63,728 bases of DNA, filler included, from Octopus bimaculoides (GCF_001194135.2; 6 parts of 6 records of this genome joined end to end with filler, not necessarily neighbours in it), one strand, 5' to 3'; numbered from the whole stretch's first letter, positions 47,583-61,534 are shown. The notes: generated by a model from the sequence alone, not told the origin. A program made the numbers and translations.

Positions 47583-47894
47583 TACATACATACATACATA
47601 CATACACTATCAGTTGTTGTTTCATTCTGCTCTCTTCCTGGTTTCCTGGTTGTATAAATAGATTTGACTTTTGATGAAAATATAAATTTTGTTGACAGAA
47701 ACGCTTCATATGTTTTCTGCGACAGATGTCTTCGACGATAAAAGACCAGTTCTTTACAAGAATATTAATTTACACAAATTTCGGCGAAAAGAAAAAAAAT
47801 GAAAAATAGAGTTTAGGAAGGAAAGGATATACGAATTTTTTATTTTTCACGCACAACTTGAAAAATATTTTTAAATGGCTATACAAATAGCTGG

Positions 47895-48080
47895 TTGCTG
47901 TTGTTATCATTAACTACTACTACTGCTACTGCTGCTGCTGCTGTCGCAACTACCACTAATACTACTACATCTACTATCACTACTACCACCGCTACCACCA
48001 CCACCACCATCACTAACAGCAACAGTATTACTACCGCCACCACCACAATTACTACGAAGACCACCACAACTACTACTTCA
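47895..48080. repeat. Compound trinucleotide low-complexity tract (ACT/ACC/GCT)
   Basis: Seen directly. Explains the poly-Thr and poly-Val ORFs. Confidence 0.9.
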
Positions 48081-48279
48081 AAAATATTGAATTCAAGTAA
48101 AATAAATATAGAAAATATCTTTAAAAAATGTTTTCTTGGATCTTCAGCAAGAACTGGCAATTACCGTTGGCATCGGTGCTCAACATTCAAAGAGAAAAAA
48201 ATGAAGAATCTTACATTCACTGAATATTCATTCCTTTTTTTCCAATCTACCTCAACCAGATAAATATTTCCTACAGTTA

Positions 48280-48710
48280 CGCAAACACACACACGCACAC
48301 ACTCGGGGACACACACACACATACTGACACACATTAACACACATAGATATACATACGCACACATGCATATATCTATACATGCACAAACATACACATACAC
48401 GCGCTCGGACACACACAAATGCACACATACGCCTACACACGCACATATACACACAAACACAAATACACATGCTTACACACTAACATAAACACACATACAC
48501 ACGCAGATATACATACGCACATATGCATATATCTAGACACATACACACACTTGGACACATAAATGCTCACATACACACTAACACAAATACACATGCTCAC
48601 ACGCTAACATAAACACACATAACTGCACGCACATCTACACACAGAGATATGTATACACACACACATCTACATACACATACACACACGCTAATGTCCACAC
48701 ACACATTCGA
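48280..48710. repeat. Degenerate CA-rich minisatellite with higher-order units
   Basis: Recurring gatatacatacgcaca.atgcatatatcta, ct.ggacaca.a.aaatgc and acacaaatacacatgct.aca.ctaacataaacacacata. Confidence 0.7.
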
Positions 48711-50542
48711 GAATATCCGTGAAGTATTGAAGGACTTTGATAACTTTACATTAAAAAAAACCTAATGTTCGGGATTGCTCTTTGCCATTCTGTTATTCGG
48801 TGGAATTTGAACTCAGAACGTAAAGACAGACGAAATACCGTCAAGCATCTCGCCCGGCGTGCTAACGTCTCTGCCAGCGCGCCGCCTTAATTCTGTTGTT
48901 TCTCGAAACCAATTTAGTTTACTGACGCTACAACTTCTAGCTTGCTCAGCTCTAAAATCTGTGACATTGTGTTTCTATAAGAAATCAATGTTACTCTTCG
49001 AGTCGAAGTCCCTGACATTAAACAGAAAATAAGCAACAAACATTACAGAATGAAATCTCAAGATGCTGCCCACTCAAGGCCAGCATGTTTTTATACCAGT
49101 TGAGATAGCGTAATAGACTACGTAGAGCAGTCAGTGATAGTAGCATGAGGGCGAGCACTGTAACAGCGCCTGGCTGCATTCACCATTCGTTGGTGATTTT
49201 TTGCTACTCTTGGCAGACGAGTCCTTTGCACCACCCAGACGACAACGCTCCGACCCATGAGTCTGTATGGGTGGTCGTTACTGGTGAGGGTTTTACGAGG
49301 TCGGAGGGCAAGTCCTAATTCAACGTCTTTTTTTATGTCACGCAGAGGAAACATTAGGGTCTATTCTTTGACATGCGGATCACCACACAGCACTACAGCA
49401 ACGTGGAAAGAAGAAAGTATTTTGCTCAAGAACACAACACGCCGCCTGGTCGGGGAATCGAACCCTCAATCTGGCGATCGAGAATGCAACGCCCTAATCA
49501 CAAATCACAAAGCTATGCGCCTTTACTGTATATAACTGAGCCCTTCATGGAATCGTTAAGAACTTATCGATCACAATCATGTGATTTTTTAAAATAAAAT
49601 TATAAAGTATAATCAATAAAAAAATGTCTTGGTTTAAAACAAATAATTCCTTCGTTCTTTTGAGTCATTGTGGTTTCTTAAGAAATATTGAAAGAAATTT
49701 AATGAAAATACTTAACGAAATTCATAAAGGATAATGAACATTGTCGTATTATACAGATATAGTCGGAATATTTAATGTTAATCGACCCCCTTGAATAGTC
49801 ACATAGTTACCCAGGGGTCCATATTAACAACTTTGCCGACCCAGATTTAATTCATCTCGAAGAAAAAAGAATCAAATAATACCGGCTTCTAATTTAAGCA
49901 CAGGGCTTATAATTTTCAGGGGATAGGATTCTGATTTTCCGTTTATTTTGTTATTGTTTAAACAGAACAAGAAATTGTTCCTACCAATCCAAATACTTCA
50001 ACAAAATTTCTATAAAATAACATCTGTTTTCCATTAAATAAATGAAATATTTGTTTCTTCTATTGTATGCCTCTCCAACGGTTTGAAGATTAGTAAGCCT
50101 ATCATCATAATGACAGTGCACACGCTGGTTAATCAATTTAAATGTTGAACTCATTTTAACTCGTAATTCTACTTCGCTTATTTTGGCTTTGAGTTGCGTT
50201 TGAAAATGAACTCACTGTAGTTTCAAGTTGAGTAACCTCTCTCCTTCATGTTACTCGAGGTTCTGGTATTCAGCACATCACTTAATTTAATCATTAATCC
50301 ATTGGGAATGTAAATAGAAAGCCATTTATTGATTACTGAGAACTATAATTACATAAACCATTTATTTTCACTGCGCAAGCATTACATAAGTCAATTAACT
50401 TCGAATGGTTCTGCAGTTAAGTCACGAAACATAAAATAATTTTGCAGTAAACTCTATTTATGTGTTTATTCTGATTAGATCACTGTTAGGAAAATCATAA
50501 GAACATTTTGATAAACTATGTTTGTTTAATTAAAATTATCTA

Positions 50543-50760
50543 CGAGGAGGTGGTGAAAACTCCCTGGCTTTAAAGGTGGCGCGAAAGGCCTGGTTGGAGG
50601 CCCAATCTTCCGAGTTCTTTTACAGGGCTTAGAAAAAGAGAAGGACTGCTGCAATAAGTGTGAATCTGGAAGGGAAATACGTTGAACAATCATAATTAAC
50701 TGATCCTCCTGTATATTTATTTTTTTTACCCAAAGCCAGGAACTTTTCAACACCCCTTTG
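50543..50760 (+). mobile_element. Mariner-derived MITE (TIRs plus transposase C-terminus)
   Basis: TA-flanked. TIRs cgaggaggtggtgaaaactccctggcttt / aaagccaggaacttttcaacacccctttg. Internal WLEAQSSEFF...GLEK...KC..LEGKYVEQS* after frameshift repair. Confidence 0.8.
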
Positions 50761-50774
50761 TATAAGTATCTTTC

Positions 50775-51170
50775 AAAGGCTCAGTACACACCACCCGAGG
50801 TCGACTTTGCCTTTCATCCTTTCGGGGTCGATAAATTAAGTACCAGTTGTGCACTGGGGTCGATCTAATCGACTGGTCCCCTCCCCCAAAAATTTCGGAC
50901 TTTGTGCCTAGAGTGGAAAAGACTATTATAACGTCTAAAGGCGGTAAGTTGGCAGAATCGTTAGCACGCCGGGCGAAATGCTTAGTGATAGTTCGTCTGT
51001 CTTTACGTTCTGAGTTCAAATCCCGCCGAGGTCGACTTTGTCTTTCATCCTTTCGGAGTTGATGAAAATAAGTACTGGCTGAGCTCTGGGATCAATGTAA
51101 TTGATTTGCCCACCCCCTCAAACTTGCAGGCTTTGTGCCAAAATCTAGAACCAATATTTCTTCTGGTTGA
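50775..51170 (+). mobile_element. Tandem SINE family B
   Basis: Near-consensus copy with A box tggcagaatcg and B box gagttcaaatccc. Confidence 0.9.
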
Positions 51171-51239
51171 CGGCAGTGCGCTGGCAGAATTGTAAGCACG
51201 CCAGACAATACGCTTAACACGCCAGACAATACACTCCTT

Positions 51240-52030
51240 TTATTCTTTTTTACTTGTTTCAGTCATTTGACTGTGGCCATGCTGGAGCGCCGCTTTAAAG
51301 TGTGTTAGTCGAAGAAATCGACCCCACGACTTATTCTTTGTAAACCTAGTACTTATTCTATCTGGATCTCTTGCCGAACCGCTAAGTTACGGGGACATAA
51401 ACTCACCAGCATCGGTTGTCAAGCGATGGCGAGGAGACAAACACACAAATGTGTACATATATATATATATATANNNNNNNNNNNNNNNNNNNNNNNNNNN
51501 NNNNNNNNNNNNNNNNNNNNNNNNNNNNNNNNNNNNNNNNNNNNNNNNNNNNNNNNNNNNNNNNNNNNNNNNNNNNNNNNNNNNNNNNNNNNNNNNNNNN
51601 NNNNNNNNNNNNNNNNNNNNNNNNNNNNNNNNNNNNNNNNNNNNNNNNNNNNNNNNNNNNNNNNNNNNNNNNNNNNNNNNNNNNNNNNNNNNNNNNNNNN
51701 NNNNNNNNNNNNNNNNNNNNNNNNNNNNNNNNNNNNNNNNNNNNNNNNNNNNNNNNNNNNNNNNNNNNNNNNNNNNNNNNNNNNNNNNNNNNNNNNNNNN
51801 NNNNNNNNNNNNNNNNNNNNNNNNNNNNNNNNNNNNNNNNNNNNNNNNNNNNNNNNNTATATACATATATATATATATATACGATGGGCTTCTTCCGGTT
51901 TCCGTCTACCAAATCCACTCACAAGGCTTTGGTCGGCCCAAAACTATAGTAGAAGACACTTGCCCAAGATTCCACGCAGTGGGACTGAACGCAGAACTAT
52001 GTGGTTGGGAAACAAGCTTATTTATTTCAT
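51240..52030 (-). mobile_element. SINE family A, full length across a gap
   Basis: Both halves present around an internal (TA)n/gap. Confidence 0.85.
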
Positions 52031-53044
52031 TAGATTGGCCATAAGGCCTTACAAAGAAGTGCAAGAAGCAAAGCGGGCTGGACGCATACATTAATGAAAT
52101 GAGAGATGATGAAATATGAATGATATAAATGAGAGGTGTATTCGGCGTCCGCCGACCGAAAACCCCTCGAAATCACTGTTGGAAGAAACAAGCTTCTTAC
52201 CATACAGCTACGCCTGCGCCTGAATTCAAGTTCTGTTGAAGTTGACTATGCCTTTCCTCCCTTTCAGGGTCGATAAAACAAGTACCAATTGAACACTGGC
52301 ATCGATATAATCGACTAACCCCATCTCCTGAAATTCCTGGCCTTGTTCTAAAATCTGAAATCAATATTTCTTCCGGTTCTGAGTTCAAATCCCACTGAGG
52401 TCAACTTTGCCTTTCATTCTACTGAGATCGATAAAATAAAGTACCAGTCAAGTACTGGGTCGACGGAATCAACCAGTCCCCGCCCCTCAAAATCAGAAAC
52501 CATTAATAAAGAGTTGGGAGTGGGTTTCATTATGAATCAGAGGGGAGGAGCTTAACACTTGTCAATCTCAGAACCACAGTTGTAAGTGAACCAGCGAGCA
52601 TTCTCTCAACTGATGTTGTTGTTGTGGATATTGCTCCGGTTCTTATTCCTGTAATGCGTACATTATTTCGTTGTTGTTGTTGTTGTTGTTGTGAGCATAA
52701 AATTTTTTGTATCTATTGTTGTTATTGCGACTTTGATATAATTTAACACTCCATTAGTAAATTATTACTGAAACCATCCGGAAAACAACCGAAAAAACTT
52801 GTGTGGCAACATCAAAGCAATTATATACCGAGTGAGTGGGACTACCATCCCGGTAGGCTTCACTTTGCATATGAATATATGATTCGGGTAGATTTGACGT
52901 GACATGGCGGTGTGCGGTTTATGGTAAACGTTACGAACCAATTCATACCATTGTGTTCATATAAGCGTGTGGTTTTCTAATCGATTTCTAATTAGCGTAA
53001 CATTAGGCTTGACTAAAGTGGCGTTAAAACAGGATTTTGAAAGA

Positions 53045-53076
<32 letters not shown>

Positions 53077-53526
53077 ACACGCACACACACACGCACACAC
53101 ACACACACTCACTCACACACACACACACACACTATAAAGAGGAATTTATAAATATCTATAAAACGCAAAATGTGTGTGTGTGTGTGTGCGAATGTGTGTG
53201 TGCGCGCGCGAGCGTTTATGCTTTTTATGCTTTTCCATACTTTTCATCAGATTTTGATGAAATTTATTGCATTAAATGGCAAATTTACCCGGACAGGTCA
53301 CTGCTGCATTACCGACGCCTAGAGATACCCACTTCTTAGAGAAAAATAAANNNNNNNNNNNNNNNNNNNNNNNNNNNNNNNNNNNNNNNNNNNNTTAATT
53401 AATTAANNNNNNNNNNNNNNNNNNNNNNNNNNNNNNNNNNNNNNNNNNNNGAAGTTTGTTGTCATGTATACGTACATGCATAAATATGCATACATCTTTG
53501 TGTATGAGTGTGTGTATGTGCGTGTG

Positions 53527-53566
<40 letters not shown>

Positions 53567-53789
53567 AATACTACATACACACCGCTCTCTCACTCTGTCT
53601 CTGACACATACACACGCACACATACATCCAAAAATGATGGATGTATATGATGACACACACCTTGACTCACTCACACTGTCTCTTACAAACACAAACATAC
53701 ATAAATATATAAAAACATATTTACAAAGACACACGTGTGTATGCGTGCGCGCGTTCTACGTCAATACCGGAAGTTGACATTGCAATATA

Positions 53790-54687
53790 TAATTCAACTG
53801 ATTCCGTCCATGATTTGATGTATGGAACACTTCCTAATCTTCTTCATAATTACAACAACACAGATTAGAACGGTGACAGAGCTATCCTAGCTCAAAAATG
53901 TTCCTCCACATACCATTAATAATATGCTGTTGAATAAAGTTCCAGAAGTCTTCACTTATAACTCGGTTGACAGTGTTGTTGATAATCAGGATACTGTAAA
54001 CTACACCATCGAATTCTTTAGCTCACTACAACCACCAGGTACAGCTCCTGATTGTCTTCAGTTGAAAAATGGACTCCTATTATGCTATTATATATTTTGT
54101 CTCAACCAAAATTATGCAACGGTACAAGATTAATTGTGCACAAACTTTATTCAGCCAATAATTCTCAATGATGTAGCAAAGGTTTAAGTACTCCGAAATG
54201 AAACACAAAACATTATTCGTACAAAAATATTCATTCTTAATGCAACACGAATACTTCTATAACATCATTTACCATTATTAATATCATTACATTCAAGAAT
54301 GGTAAATTACCTAGTTCAATGAACTGTATTATATTATTGTCATTACTGTATTGATAAATAAAAAAATATATATATCTCACAGGTAATAAACTTCGGGTAT
54401 AAAAAATTATCTTTTTCCTACTTCAATCATTACATGTTTTGCACTTATAATGATATTTCCATGACTGTGGAGTAAAACAAAATATAACACATACAAGGCA
54501 CATATCATAAACAAATACAAGTTCATGTATGATATTGATCTTTCTTCTACTTCAATTATTACGAGGTTTTGTCTTCTAAAAATACACACATGAAGGAAAA
54601 GAAAATATACATAAAATAATATTTTTAATATGGCTTTCAATAAACAGTAAAAGTAATTACTCGATAAACGATGGGTATTTCTGCTAG
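53790..54687 (+). mobile_element. Helitron relic (Pif1 helicase fragment and 3' terminus)
   Basis: DRAILAQKN...INNMLLNKVP..FTYNSVD.V...VNY.IEFFSSLQPPG.APD.LQLK.G, PKLCNGTRLIV. 3' end gggtatttctgCTAG|T at 54684-54688. Confidence 0.85.
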
Positions 54688-55302
54688 TATATATATATAT
54701 ATATATAGAGAGATATATTATAATAATAATAAAGGAGTTACTACGCAAAAACGTATATATTCAAATGAACATATTTATCTTCTTCAATATATATTTCAGT
54801 ATAAATAATTCATTAAGGCACTTAATAAATCAAAATTACTTTACACATCATTCAGGAATAAATAAAACATCAGAAAAAATAAATTCGGTTTAAAAAACAC
54901 AAACCGTTCCTTGCACACACACATACACACACATACACATACACACATTCGCCTACTTCCCTTTTACATACGCGCATATATTCACATACACACATATATT
55001 CACATACACACATTCACACATATATTCACACTGGAGTTGAAACGCTGACTTTTGTCACCCCTTGCTTCGTTATTCACCTATCACCCCTTCCATTCTTACA
55101 GGTTGTGACGGAGCAGGACAGAAGATACCCGACGCGGTCTTTGCCACTTCCTTTCTCTCATTGCTATTACATTCTCTCACTCCCCCTGAGTTAAGGGTCT
55201 TACTCTGATTACTTCTTCACTGAATTACTATTTTATCTCTTCTCCCTCTATTTATACCACTCTTTTTCCTGCTCCGTCCTGAGGCATTTTGGACAAATTA
55301 AT

Positions 55303-55333
<31 letters not shown>

Positions 55334-55444
55334 CACACACATACACGCACACGCACACGCACACACGCACATACACGCACACACACATGTATATGCAATT
55401 ATATAAAACCATTACGCTCATTATTATATTAGGAAATATAGAAA

Positions 55445-56140
55445 AGTTCTGATTAATAAGCATCCGGACTGGTCCTGTAGAAACAAAACTACAACACGTA
55501 CCAATTTGGCATTTAATCTCCTTCAGAATAGTCCTTAAATCTTTTTCCTTTCAAGCGGGATTTGATTTTTTGAAAGAGGACAAAAGTTGCAACAGGCAAG
55601 ATCTGGTGAATACAGTTTCTGTCGGACATGGGCAATGTTGTACTTAGCCAAAAAGCAGTGCACAAGCTGCACTGAATGGGCAGGTCCCTTATCAGCTGAA
55701 AGCGCTTTTACCACAAACTTGGAACGCACACATCACATACAAAACTCTTCAGTGATTTTCCCTCAGAGTTGCACGTACACAAGCGATGTTTTTCTCACTT
55801 CTGTTGGTCGCGTGTCTCCTAGAAAGTTCGCCTTTATCTAGATTCTTCGACTCATACACTTATCCCATTACACATTCTACAATCTTGCGTAGGCCTCTGA
55901 GTAGGTTTCGTCATGCTTTTGGCAAAATGCCATGCAGATTTATGGTCAATGCGATGTTCACAAGCTCCACACCTTTCTTCCAAGCACTGCTGAAAACAGC
56001 GGACGTGATCTAGAACGATAAGACTTAGTGTCCATGCACAGCAGAACAGTCAATTTCAGCCAAGCGGCTTAACTCTGGGTGATTTAGCTTCGTTAATATG
56101 GCAACAGACCGCAAAATTATTGATGCGACTATTTGTAGAT
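55445..56140 (-). mobile_element. Internally deleted mariner (DD34D-type) transposon
   Basis: DKGPAHSVQLVHCFLAKYNIAHVRQKLYSPDLACCNF versus DNAPAH...YSPDLAPCDF. HTH-region remnants. Degenerate TIRs (aataagcatccggactg / cagaccgcaaaattattgatg). Confidence 0.85.
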
Positions 56141-57663
56141 ATGAATGTGCTTGTGTGCTTGTGTGTGTGTCAGACAGCGAGAGAGAGATAGAGAGAACGG
56201 TGGGGAGAGAGCAAACAAAAAGGCACTACCAGAAATATGCACATACATATATACTTATTGATAGGATTCCGGGTTCGATTCCAAGATCGGCCATTCTACT
56301 GAGCCCATTATCAAGGCAATTAATCTCCCGTTAGCCTGTAACAAATGAATACCTTAAACTAACCGATCATTCCGAACGTACAGCTGTCATATTCTGGAAG
56401 TTTTGCTGCATTAAATGTGAAAGTCTTGAGAGGGTATCATGATTTATCTATTCTAGTCAATGACAGAAAATATTTAGCGAAACTATGGTGCACGCTCACA
56501 TGTCAACTCTGATTTCATGTCAACCTCTTTATGTATAAGTGCCTCTGTGTATGTATATANNNNNNNNNNNNNNNNNNNNNNNNNNNNNNNNNNNNNNNNN
56601 NNNNNNNNNNNNNNNNNNNNNNNNNNNNNNNNNNNNNNNNNNNNNNNNNNNNNNNNNNNNNNNNNNNNNNNNNNNNNNNNNNNNNNNNNNNNNNNNNNNN
56701 NNNNNNNNNNNNNNNNNNNNNNNNNNNNNNNNNNNNNNNNNNNNNNNNNNNNNNNNNNNNNNNNNNNNNNNNNNNNNNNNNNNNNNNNNNNNNNNNNNNN
56801 NNNNNNNNNNNNNNNNNNNNNNNNNNNNNNNNNNNNNNNNNNNNNNNNNNNNNNNNNNNNNNNNNNNNNNNNNNNNNNNNNNNNNNNNNNNNNNNNNNNN
56901 NNNNNNNNNNNNNNNNNNNNNNNNNNNNNNNNNNNNNNNNNNNNNNNNNNNNNNNNNNNNNNNNNNNNNNNNCTGTAGTATCAATGTTGTTATGTTTGTG
57001 TGAAATCGCCTGTATCGCTGTGTGTGTTTTTGTTGTATTCTGTTCCGATATTGATGATTTTTTTGTAAAAGTTGGTCTACAATACATAAAATATATTATT
57101 TACATACCATTTACGCTTACTATTCAAAACTCAATGGATAGCAGTTGTTGTACAATCATCGGTAACACACACACTGAACGTAATTAAACTTACTTGGCAG
57201 CACACTAAAGTCAGTGTCGTCATTATTGTTTCAAGAGAAGTCAAAGGTGCCAAACGTCAAATTAACAATAATTTAAATTAATTACCTAAATATAATGTTC
57301 GGAAGATCGTAATAAGTTAAACTTACACTAAATATATGTTGCCTTACATTTTTGAAAAGCCATAGTGATAATCGATATCAATCTGTCTGATAGTACGTAA
57401 GTCTCTCTCTCTCTCTCATTCTCCCACATTTCTCTGTATATGTGTATGTGTATACATACACACACAGGTATTTATGTATTTATACGTTTATATATACATA
57501 TATATATATAGATATATATATGCAGTAATATCNNNNNNNNNNNNNNNNNNNNNNNNNNNNNNNNNNNNNNNNNNNNNNNNNNNNNNNNNNNNNNNNNNNN
57601 NNNNNNNNNNNNNNNNNNNNNNNNNNNNNNNNNNNNNNNNNNNNNNNNNNNNNNNNNNNNNNN

Positions 57664-57702
<39 letters not shown>

Positions 57703-57879
57703 TCGATAGATAGATAGATAGATACATACATATATACATAGATAAACACATACTTTCATAGATACCTAAGTACATACACATTGAGAGGCAGCGAGATTAG
57801 GCTATTATTTATATATGTATAAGTGAAGATATAGAAATACTTCTTCTGCTAGCTATAGAATTATATGTGCCACACAGAC

Positions 57880-57937
<58 letters not shown>

Positions 57938-58621
57938 CCACACACATACACTCACACACACATGTATACACTGACAATATTATCCATGATAAATACATTA
58001 TGATCAGGCTACTCTCAAAGGAAATTACATTTCAAATCTGTTTCAGTTTCAGAAAACGTGCAGATATAATGGCGTGAGTAGAGATACACAATCACGCCCA
58101 AATCCACACCAATACTCACTCACACATAGGCGCACATACGCACACACAGATACATAAACACATATTCTCATGACCATGTATATTTAGGTGCGTAGTTGTG
58201 TGTGTGTGCGTGTGTGTCTATGAAGAAATTGAAAGAGATAGCGACAGCGAGAGAAGAAAAATCACAAAATATGAACTAGATTATGAAAGTAAGTAAAATA
58301 CAGATTGCTATAAAGAATGGACACGAAGAAAAAATAATAGAATGACAGATTCTTTTTTCAAAAATTCTTTAATATATTACAAATCTCAGGAAACATATTA
58401 TGCGAAGCTAGGAACAAAATTTAGAAGAAATATATATTCAAATTGATAATATCATGAATTCAGTATGAATATATAAAATATAAAATGTATGTTTAAATTA
58501 TTGTTGTGTGTGTTTTTGCTTTATATATTTCATGTTTACGCGACAATAAACTTCTCCAAGATCCGAACGCTTGCTATCAGACGATTATTCGCATATTCTA
58601 CGTTAGTATTCCCGTTTTCCA

Positions 58622-58662
<41 letters not shown>

Positions 58663-59044
58663 NNNNNNNNNNNNNNNNNNNNNNNNNNNNNNNNNNNNNN
58701 NNNNNNNNNNNNNNNNNNNNNNNNNNNNNNNNNNNNNNNNNNNNNNNNNNNNNNNNNNNNNNNNNNNNNNNNNNNNNNNNNNNNNNNNNNNNNNNNNNNN
58801 NNNNNNNNNNNNNNNNNNNNNNNNNNNNNNNNNNNNNNNNNNNNNNNNNNNNNNNNNNNNNNNNNNNNNNNNNNNNNNNNNNNNNNNNNNNNNNNNNNNN
58901 NNNNNNNNNNNNNNNNNNNNNNNNNNNNNNNNNNNNNNNNNNNNNNNNNNNNNNNNNNNNNNNNNNNNNNNNNNNNNNNNNNNNNNNNNNNNNNNNNNNN
59001 NNNNNNNNNNNNNNNNNNNNNNNNNNNNNNNNNNNNNNNNNNNN

Positions 59045-59079
<35 letters not shown>

Positions 59080-59089
59080 CATCATTACG

Positions 59090-60380
59090 GTGGCGAGAAG
59101 GCAGAATCGTTAGTACGCGGGTCAAAATCTCTGGTTGCATTTCGTCCGTTTACATGTTCTGAACTCAAATTCCACCTAGGTCTACTTTAACTTTCATCCG
59201 CTCAGGATCGATAAAATAAATTAAATGCCAGTTATACACTAACATCGATGTGAAACCGTTATTAATATCATTATTATAATTATTTGGCTAGAGAGCAGTC
59301 AGATGTGTTTGCTTGGTAGCTTTTCGTCCGACTTCACGCCGTCAGTTCGAATTCCGCTGTAGTCAGCTTTACTTTTCATCTTCTCGTAATGCATATAATA
59401 TACACAATTCCTCACTGCAGTCAATATAATAGATATTCCCCTTCTCCTGAAATTGCTGTCCTAATGCCAAAATTTGGAATCATTATGGCNNNNNNNNNNA
59501 TCGCTGTCCTAATGCCAAAATTTGGAATCATTATGGCCATAAGTGTTACTAGAACGGCATAAGAGGTTGGTGCGATCTTAAGATCGCCGAGGAAATTTCC
59601 TTACGCAATTTATTACCGCTCTGTCCTCTCTGGCTCCAGATCTGTAAATTTCAATTTGTCCGCGTCATCTTCTCGCCTTAATACCCTAAAAAAAATTAAT
59701 AATAAATGCACCTGCCAAGTATGCGTTCGATTTTAACTGTGAATTTTCTCTACATAATAGCAATCAATAATCTTTAACACAGCAAAGTAATTAATGTGGT
59801 ATAAAGATTTTCGTCGATCATTCTAATTTCAAAAAGAATGTATTTGTGGCATTTGTTCCGTCTCTTTATGTACTATGTTCAAACCACATCAATAATCAGT
59901 AGGAGCCGTCGTTAAGCCGGCGTATCGTCTGTTTTCGCGTTCTGAGTTCAAATTACTTCAAGGTAGACGTTGCCTTTCATCCTTTGGACTTCTGTGAAAT
60001 AAATACAAATTGAGTACCAGTTGAGGAGACAGGGTTTAGTTAGTTTAGTGCCAAAATTGGAAATCAATTTTATCACTGAGTGAAAGATGAAGATAAATCA
60101 TCACTTGAGTAAGTTGAGCTTATCGACTAATGTTGTCCCTAATACTTTAGGTGTTGTATTGAGGCGAGCTGCCAAAAGATGTTACCGCGCCGGGCAGTAT
60201 GCTTAGAATCATTTTGTCGTCCGACTTAACACTCTGACTTTAAATGCCACTGTGGTCAAGTTTACCTTTCATCCATTTGTGATTGAAAAAAAACACCAGC
60301 TGATCACTGGGGGCGATGTATTCCATTTACCTTTCCCACTCAGCTGCTGACCTTGTCCCCGACATTTGAAATCTATATTT
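59090..60380 (+). mobile_element. Cluster of old SINE family B copies
   Basis: At least four degenerate copies of gcagaatcgttag...ctgagttcaaatt...tttcatcc. Confidence 0.7.
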
Positions 60381-61534
60381 TAGGCATTGTACTTATGATA
60401 GAAACAACTCTAATTGGCGTGGTTTCTCGAAAATGGTAATATATACTGATTTCTCATTCTGATTTTCATTTACTCTTAACATTTCGTTTATATAATAGTG
60501 TTATCATTTGAACTAGGGTACTGATTCTGGGAATCGCTGTTGAATACAGACGGGTGAATGTATTCGGCTTAACTATACCATTAAGATGCTCTCAGTTCAA
60601 CATCAAAAATTTGAACGAGTGCTTGTGAAATTAACATGGAGAACAAGAAAGCTGAGCACGTTTTGTTCACGGTAAACTTGACAGATTGTGTCGAATATAT
60701 TTAACGAATACAAGTTTCTTAGAAGTGTATTACAACTGTCAGATGAAGAAGAGCATTTTATGTTGTGTAAGCTCTATTAGGAAATGGTGTGAGTAGGCTG
60801 GACACCGTTTATAAAATAAATCCAATAGCTTTCAATGATACAGAAATGTGGTTATTGCTGAAACAAGCGCCTTTGGTTTGTATAACTGATATGACCAACA
60901 AATATGCGATTCAACCCAAATAGTGTTGCAAATTGATTATTGTTCAATTGACTTGTGATCCTAGATATAAATTTAAATGTAATGATGGATTCACATACAG
61001 AGCGTAATGGACGGCCTTATAGCAATCGGTATATATCGAAGAGGTAGAATATTTTCAATACAGTCTACCTAAATTATTGGCTAACATTGGGGAGCCGATT
61101 ATATTCTTGTGTTGACACTTCAAGTCTCATTGCATCAACGCGTCTCTTTGATTTATCCTCAATTCATCCTCCTCCTTTGGAATCTAGAAATGCGTTGAGA
61201 AGTTACCTGCGTGGGATCCATGTGACATCGAAAATAAGAAGTGTTGCTTCAATCAGAATGAATATATGTATTATATATATATAAATATAAATATATATNN
61301 NNNNNNNNNNNNNNNNNNNNNNNNNNNNNNNNNNNNNNNNNNTTAATTAATTAANNNNNNNNNNNNNNNNNNNNNNNNNNNNNNNNNNNNNNNNNNNNTA
61401 TGATGGCCGTCTACTCGTGACCGAGGAAGACCATTGCTGACCTTCAGGGACATTGTGAGCTCTAGGACTAACTTGTATTTTGCATTTGCGGCTCCGTTGG
61501 TGGTTAATGAGCCCTGCTCTTGACGTGTGTGTTT

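Noticed and set aside
49776-49835. Minus-strand C*YGPLGNYV resembling CAP signature CNYGP.GN
   Set aside because: In-frame stop, no usable splice sites, SINE-like context. The true GN exon is at 27018-27109.
52825-52850. Minus-strand gtagtcccactcactcgg resembling 7SL/Alu
   Set aside because: Only ~18 nt match, with no flanking 7SL similarity.
8776-61354. Recurrent TTAATTAATTAA element
   Set aside because: Assembly linker centred in 100-nt gaps, not biological. Adjacency across these joins is uncertain.
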